Origin: an uncultured Nitrospiraceae bacterium
GTDB taxonomy: Bacteria > Nitrospirota > Thermodesulfovibrionia > Thermodesulfovibrionales > SM23-35
Assembly (NCBI GenBank): GCA_963727775.1
Contig: CAVSHB010000001.1
Coordinates: 1,312,001 to 1,376,000, forward strand
DNA length: 64,000 bases
Direction of reading: 5' to 3'
Shown here: one piece after another, positions 58,804-64,000 of the stretch
How the letters are laid out: every line of letters starts with the position of its first letter
Position numbering within the stretch: the stretch's first letter is position 1
Notes under the pieces: generated by a model
Databases searched by the model: none
Told to the model about the DNA's origin: nothing
Seen by the model: the letters and a program-made list of their open reading frames with translations, nothing else
Program-made: the position numbers and the translations under genes

Positions 58804-59029
58804 AAGACATCCTCACCTCCTTTTTTCAGTCTATCACCAAAAAAGGTAATACACAAATTACCCAGTGAGCAAATTGTTATAGCCGTGCGCCGCCGAAATA
58901 CTTACGTGAATGGCCTACCCGATCGAATAATGGTCTTTTCTTGAACAACTGTCATTTATGCTGTAAGCTTTATATTATAGGAATTATAATGGTAACCCAT
59001 GAATGAGGGTCACCAATAGGAGGTACATA

Positions 59030-59149
59030 ATGGAAAAAGCGCAACACAAGAGTTTTAGCAAGCCGGATGAGATTCGTAAGTTTCCAAAGGGACGACTTGA
59101 AGTTGTAGTTGATTTTCAGGGTATGATCGATTACGCAAAAACGAAGTAG
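59030..59149 (+). pseudogene. Internally deleted cupin gene (39 aa)
   Basis: RBS AGGAGG. MEKAQHKSFSKPDEIRKFPKGRLEV joins directly to VVDFQGMIDYAK, which look like the two termini of a cupin family. Confidence 0.65.
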
Positions 59150-59207
59150 ATTTTCCTTAGTGGTTTGTCAAAAAGGGTCTCGAGTGACAAGGGAGAATGG
59201 TTAAGTC

Positions 59208-60065
59208 ATGAAAAGAATTATTTTAATGATTACGATTGCGGTCTTTTTTTTATTAGGCACTGTAGTAGCGCATCAGGAGGATGTGGCGGGCAAGATCGGT
59301 ATAGTTGAAAAGAGGGGACAGCGAGTACCGCTTGACCTTACGTTTTCTGACGAAAACGGCAAGCCGGTGAAGTTGAGCAATATTGTAACGAAGCCTACCA
59401 TCCTTACTCTCGTCTATTATTCTTGTACTAATATCTGTCCCCAAATGCTGGGAGGGCTTGCCACTACCCTGGGCAGCATAAAACTCACGCCGGGCAAAGA
59501 TTATAACGTAGTGACGATTAGCTTCGATGAAGATGATACCCCGGCCATTGCGAAGAGTCAGAAGGTCAATTATATCAAGGCAACCGGCCTGTCTTTTCCG
59601 GAGGAGGCATGGAAGTTCCTAACCGGAAATAGAGAAAATATCGGGAGGATCACTGAAGCGGTCGGATTCAGTTTCCGAAGAGATGAGGAAACGGGATCTG
59701 TTGGATTCGCCTCAAGAAAAGTGTCACGCGGGTTCATCCATCCGTCAGTGCTGATCTTTCTGGCACCGGATGGCAAGATCACACAGTACGTTTATGTAGA
59801 TCGATCTCACTATGGGACGATGGCGCCGATTGCCTTTTTGCCTGTGGATATTACTACGGCGCTCATTAATGCCTCTCAGGGAAAGGTTTGGACCGGCTCA
59901 AAAAACCCGATAATCCTTTGTTTCCCCAATTTGTCTGAGCAGGAAGCTCGCTTCTACATGATTTTGGCAACCGTCGGGGCGGCGACACTCCTTTGCATAG
60001 TTGCTTTTTTCATTTACCTCAGGAAAACAAGCAGAGAAACGACGTCAAAAATAAATGAGAAATAG
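59208..60065 (+). CDS. SCO1/SenC copper chaperone family protein
   Basis: YYSCTNICP (CxxxC), ISFD, WKFLTG, conserved His in FIHPS and a C-terminal TM helix. Confidence 0.9.
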   Translation: MKRIILMITIAVFFLLGTVVAHQEDVAGKIGIVEKRGQRVPLDLTFSDENGKPVKLSNIVTKPTILTLVYYSCTNICPQMLGGLATTLGSIKLTPGKDYNVVTISFDEDDTPAIAKSQKVNYIKATGLSFPEEAWKFLTGNRENIGRITEAVGFSFRRDEETGSVGFASRKVSRGFIHPSVLIFLAPDGKITQYVYVDRSHYGTMAPIAFLPVDITTALINASQGKVWTGSKNPIILCFPNLSEQEARFYMILATVGAATLLCIVAFFIYLRKTSRETTSKINEK

Positions 60066-60162
60066 ATGATGGTGTTCGATCACAAATCCTACCCGATGGG
60101 TACCTGGCATCCTGCCGAATCTTCAGTAAAAAGGGCTATGCAAATAGTCACCTCACCAGCAG

Positions 60163-61905
60163 CTACTGAACTTTTACCATGAAATCGAAGAGAAGCACCG
60201 TGCCCTGATGGTTCACTTGACTGAAGATCTTATAGACACCTTTGACCGGAAAAACCACGATGGACTCTATCTCCGGTCCGAATTTTTCTCCAGGCTCGGC
60301 GTGCATGTGCATATGATCCATATGAGTGTGAGACTCCCCGGGAATAACACCGTGAGCATGAATGAACTGCTTCAGGTCTGCAAGCACAATGGCGAGGTGC
60401 ATCGGAGCACCTAAATATGGACTTAGATCTGCCACAGGTTTCTTGTTAGACTTAATAAGATATCGGAGTCTTGTCTCCTTGCCCGCCTTGATGATATCAG
60501 GGGATATTTTTAGTGTGACATGATATGCTCCGAAATCTTTCTCCGTGGAGAAATCTAGCTTCGGCTCTCCCATTCTCAGCTGGCTGGAGACTTTAATATG
60601 TGCTGTTTTACTGTAAAGCCCGTCCGCCGTTGCGAAGTCGAGTCCAACTAAATATTCTCCAGCCTTCGGGAAAGTGAAACGTAGCGGGAACGTTGCCTTC
60701 TTCAGCATCTCATCGGTTACAGGGCCTATATCTTCAGGATGTATATGCGCAAAGACGTTTAGATCGCTGCCTATGACAATAGCGTGGAGAATTCTTTCAT
60801 GATGAACCGTGAGCCCTTCAAGCGGCTTTCCGTTTTGCCCTTCGATGTGAACTGTCATCTTTGCACGTGTTCCCGCCTTAATATCTGAGGGGCTTGTCTC
60901 AAGGTGTATGACAGGTTCAGGCCCTGTATTAGCATAATGCTCGTGTTGACCGCCCTCATTACTGGCATGATTCCCCATGGTCATAGCATGTTCGATGTGC
61001 ATAAAATGTCGTGCGGGTATATTATGTGTAAGCAAGCCGGCGCATAGAAACACTCCTGATATGATGATTGCCTCAACACGCGTCCTATGAAGAAACTTCA
61101 TGGCAAATGCCGATTCATCCTGACCGTGCTGCGGAGGAGCAATGTATCTAAAGGCAAGAAAAAGGAGCAGCGCAATCTTCGCGGAAAGCACTCTTCCATA
61201 AGGAGTTGTAAAGAGTAACCCGAAACTTCCGACTTCAACCCAGGCATTATAGAGTCCGGTGAAAACCAATAGGGACAATACAGGGCCGAATAAAACATAA
61301 AATCTGTCAGCAATACCGGATACAATAAGCTGTTGCCTGCTATCCTCCGCAATAGTAGAGGGTCGGAAAATGATTGCTATGGCTATGAGTGCCCCACCCC
61401 AGAGTGAAGAGGCCGTAAAATGAAGCCAATCCGAAAGCTCCATCAAACTCAAGTCACCTAAGTCCGCAGCGTGGCTCGTCGCGCTACGTGAAAAAGCGAT
61501 GGCTGCGGATGCGCATAGCAGAAAGACTGCGACTAAGCGGGAATTCAGATGCCGCCTGCCGACAAACCACACAATCAAAGCCAGTCCGAGTCCACCTGAC
61601 CGAACTATTCCGATTCTCCCGTAGTGTGTCTTTAACAAGACGGTGGATAGTACGGGAAAGATCGCTGCGATGCCAAGACCGCTCATCTCCATGGTACGCT
61701 GTATAAAATTGCTGATGCTGCTTATAACCAGCGCAATCAAACAGAGCATGAGCAATCGCCGTAGCCTGCCGACAAACGGCGGAGAAGTGTCTTCAGCAAC
61801 CTTTGAGTGTGCAGTCCAAAAAAGGCATAAGGCAACTCCAACCAAGGTTGTCAATGCCGTAATGTCTATAAATGTTACTATGCTATGCAAAACCGTTTGG
61901 ACCAT
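60163..61905 (-). CDS. CopD-family copper transport membrane protein fused to a His-rich soluble domain
   Basis: TSHAA, DWLH...SLWGG.L, TGLYN and TPYGRVL.AK. The C-half has two H...DL..F.H.H repeats. Confidence 0.85.
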   Translation of the reverse strand: MVQTVLHSIVTFIDITALTTLVGVALCLFWTAHSKVAEDTSPPFVGRLRRLLMLCLIALVISSISNFIQRTMEMSGLGIAAIFPVLSTVLLKTHYGRIGIVRSGGLGLALIVWFVGRRHLNSRLVAVFLLCASAAIAFSRSATSHAADLGDLSLMELSDWLHFTASSLWGGALIAIAIIFRPSTIAEDSRQQLIVSGIADRFYVLFGPVLSLLVFTGLYNAWVEVGSFGLLFTTPYGRVLSAKIALLLFLAFRYIAPPQHGQDESAFAMKFLHRTRVEAIIISGVFLCAGLLTHNIPARHFMHIEHAMTMGNHASNEGGQHEHYANTGPEPVIHLETSPSDIKAGTRAKMTVHIEGQNGKPLEGLTVHHERILHAIVIGSDLNVFAHIHPEDIGPVTDEMLKKATFPLRFTFPKAGEYLVGLDFATADGLYSKTAHIKVSSQLRMGEPKLDFSTEKDFGAYHVTLKISPDIIKAGKETRLRYLIKSNKKPVADLSPYLGAPMHLAIVLADLKQFIHAHGVIPGESHTHMDHMHMHAEPGEKFGPEIESIVVFPVKGVYKIFSQVNHQGTVLLFDFMVKVQ

Positions 61906-61915
61906 ACTGTTAACC

Positions 61916-62287
61916 TCATTTAATTACGAATGTATAATCGCCCATGGTACGGTGCCCATCCCTCGCTACGACGCTCCAAAACACATGATAGGTTCCTCCC
62001 GGCAGCGGCGGCAAGCTGACTTCGAGCAACGTTGAGTTGGACGGATCTACCCTTCCATTCCCTTTGTCTATTTTTTTCCCGCCTGCGTCTTGAACAGCAA
62101 TCGTGCTGAATACAGGTTCCAGATCGCCATCGAACCAGATACGGACAACAGATGGGGAACCGGAAACCGTTGCCCCCACCTTCGGGTCTGAATGGTCAGG
62201 AAAAACATGCCCATGAGACACTCCCGGAAACAGCAGGAACGCAAGAAAAAATAACGAGGCCATTGTCCTGAGCTTCATGACTTGCAT
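61916..62287 (-). CDS. copC: Copper-binding periplasmic protein CopC
   Basis: Signal peptide, mature N-terminal His (HVFPDHSDP) and G.YHVFWSVVARDGH...G.YTF. Confidence 0.92.
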   Translation of the reverse strand: MQVMKLRTMASLFFLAFLLFPGVSHGHVFPDHSDPKVGATVSGSPSVVRIWFDGDLEPVFSTIAVQDAGGKKIDKGNGRVDPSNSTLLEVSLPPLPGGTYHVFWSVVARDGHRTMGDYTFVIK

Positions 62288-62293
62288 TGTATA

Positions 62294-63229
62294 TCAGCGA
62301 AAAATCGGCCCTCCTATACCCTTGGGGAAAAGGTCATCTATATACAAATGAATCAGGCCGAGAATGCCGACGTTTTTCCCTGAATTCGAGTTGATCGGGA
62401 TTTCCGCGGCGACACCAAACTCCATGAACTTGCCGCACCAGACGATTCCCGGATTAACCGTTCCAGTCGTCTGTCCTTTACCATCCTGTGATAGGTTTGT
62501 CTGCATGGGGAATTCGGTCACAATGATCATACGGTTAAACGGAACGCCGAGTCCGATATCTTTCACGAACGATTGGAGGTATATCAGACTGTATTGAAGG
62601 GTGAAGGCCCAGTTAAAGACGGTTGGATTGCGTTCTATACCTGTGTCCGTGACATTCTTGCTCCGCGTGGGGAAGCTCGTTCCGATAACTCCAGTGATTG
62701 CGAAAGGCCTTAGGAAATTGACCGATTCGGGCAGGTCACCCAATCCCTTTCCAAAGAAGATGGCCGGGGTAATGGTTGAAAAAGAATCCGATACCTGGTG
62801 CGCTCCCGTTCCGCCAATATCGATATCCGTGCCTATCGAGAGGATCAGTTCGTGAGGCTCGTTCGTAAGGAACTGCCATTTCGCGCCAACGCCAAGATTA
62901 TCCCAGCCGTTTGCTGAACTGCCGTCGTCTGCCCGATTGTGCAGGTACGCTTCATGAAATTCGAGCCCGAAGTTAGGAACAATACGTTTGGAATAGTCGA
63001 TATCTATTTCCGTGGTCTTTGCATCGGTTCCCTTCACGCGGTTAATCAGGATCGAAAACTCATCGGAAATAAACGGGTCATCAACCTGAAATGTGGTAGG
63101 GAAAAACCTCTTACCGGCAAACCCGTGGGCAAATGAAGATACCGGCGTCAGCAGAATTAACGATATGCTGAGACCGACGGAAAGCCACAACCATGCTGCA
63201 GATATGCTGCGAGATAAAGCTTCGCTCAT
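62294..63229 (-). CDS. Putative outer-membrane beta-barrel protein leading the copCD operon
   Basis: Signal peptide ending SFA-H, HGFAGKRFFPTT..VDDP and alternating beta-strand patterns. Confidence 0.65.
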   Translation of the reverse strand: MSEALSRSISAAWLWLSVGLSISLILLTPVSSFAHGFAGKRFFPTTFQVDDPFISDEFSILINRVKGTDAKTTEIDIDYSKRIVPNFGLEFHEAYLHNRADDGSSANGWDNLGVGAKWQFLTNEPHELILSIGTDIDIGGTGAHQVSDSFSTITPAIFFGKGLGDLPESVNFLRPFAITGVIGTSFPTRSKNVTDTGIERNPTVFNWAFTLQYSLIYLQSFVKDIGLGVPFNRMIIVTEFPMQTNLSQDGKGQTTGTVNPGIVWCGKFMEFGVAAEIPINSNSGKNVGILGLIHLYIDDLFPKGIGGPIFR

Positions 63230-63703
63230 TGTCCCCTCCTTGTCAACTCAATTCTATTTATTACTTTCCAACTCATTAATCAAATAGTATCAGTGAACCA
63301 TAACACTGTCAATCAGGCGAATGTAAGCTAACCACACAGACCTACTAAATCTCCGGAAGTACTCTGCAATACTCCGCACTTTACACGAAATGTCCGGGGT
63401 GTTCTGTATTGTTTGCTTCAAATATGATTCTGCATCCCGGCAAGACGAGGGCATCCTCTGGATGTAGCCAGACTACCCACAATTCAGGGCGTACTCCTCA
63501 GTTATGAAAAAACGATGATGGTATCAAGTACTGAGGAACGAACAACTCTTTGAGTCGTCGTTTCTAATTTTATTATGGGTGAGACATTGAAAGAATAAGG
63601 TTTCGATGAGAATTATAGAATGCTCTATAAAATTGTGACACATCGCGGAAAGCTGCTACACTGTAAACAGAACATCAGCATTCTCTCAGGGAGGATGACC
63701 GTT

Positions 63704-64000
63704 ATGACACGAAAGGTAAAAAAGGTGTGGAAGAGCAGGCCGACAATTGAAGGGGCTGGCGTCCATCTCGGTAATCAGGCCAGACAGACTATAATCATGT
63801 TTTGTAGCTTTATTTTCGCGGTCAGTCTTCTTTTCCTTCTAAGCGGAATATCCACCGCCGATGCCAGTGAAAGCGCCGCCTCAGAGTCCCTTGATTATTA
63901 CCGGAATCTCGCTAATCAGGGGGATGTAAACGCCCAATTGAGACTCGGCGGGATGTACCTGTCAGGTAAGGAAAAGGATTTCAAAGAAGCGGCTAAGTGG
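63704..64000 (+). CDS. Sel1-repeat protein (partial, runs off window) with a pirin-like N-terminal stub
   Basis: Open frame MTRKVKKVWKSRPTIEGAGVHL, then a hydrophobic signal-like segment, then LANQGDVNAQLRLGGMY...KDFKEAAKW. Confidence 0.75.
   Translation, partial: MTRKVKKVWKSRPTIEGAGVHLGNQARQTIIMFCSFIFAVSLLFLLSGISTADASESAASESLDYYRNLANQGDVNAQLRLGGMYLSGKEKDFKEAAKW

Noticed and set aside
60090..60102. TACCC-GAT-GGGTA as a CsoR-type copper operator
   Set aside because: Lies between two convergent gene ends, not in a promoter region, and the spacer is short.
63230..63690. Second RAPP-type leader upstream of the copper operon
   Set aside because: No ORF with an RAPP-like ending found in the frames I read, only short unconvincing frames.
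1..64000. CRISPR array or rRNA
   Set aside because: No regularly spaced direct repeats or rRNA-like sequence seen by eye.

Overview
Chromosomal window from an anaerobic Gram-negative bacterium. Gene content and order suggest a Nitrospirota/Thermodesulfovibrionia- or deltaproteobacteria-like organism (inference). The backbone carries psd, pssA-leuA, yajQ, a cell-wall amidase, dppA/B/C, dksA, ychF, a DegP/DegQ protease, larC, purM with an M23 peptidase and bactofilin, a selenocysteine formate dehydrogenase (UGA plus SECIS), prmC, bioA and tRNA-Leu(CAG). Three accessory blocks interrupt it. (1) About 8.8 kb between psd and pssA: an AT-rich methyltransferase, a ZnuA-like protein, a NIR/SIR protein and a peptidoglycan-processing cluster. 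(2) A roughly 7 kb defence/toxin-antitoxin hotspot splitting dppA from dppBC: an ATPase-DUF234 gene, a TPR-CHAT caspase-like protease, a broken NERD gene, hicAB destroyed by IS630 and a miniature inverted-repeat element, and an intact BrnT-type pair. (3) An island of at least 17 kb after tRNA-Leu: IS1380 followed by Zn-type, Ni/Co-type and Cu-type metal-handling modules. The most notable signals are in island 3: a repeated, architecturally conserved terminator-like RNA hairpin in the leader of the TonB operon, a His/CxxC/RAPP putative ribosome-arrest leader ahead of a porin-ABC operon, and an 85-aa protein with 33 His. No CRISPR array or rRNA was seen. All family calls come from motif recognition, not database searches.
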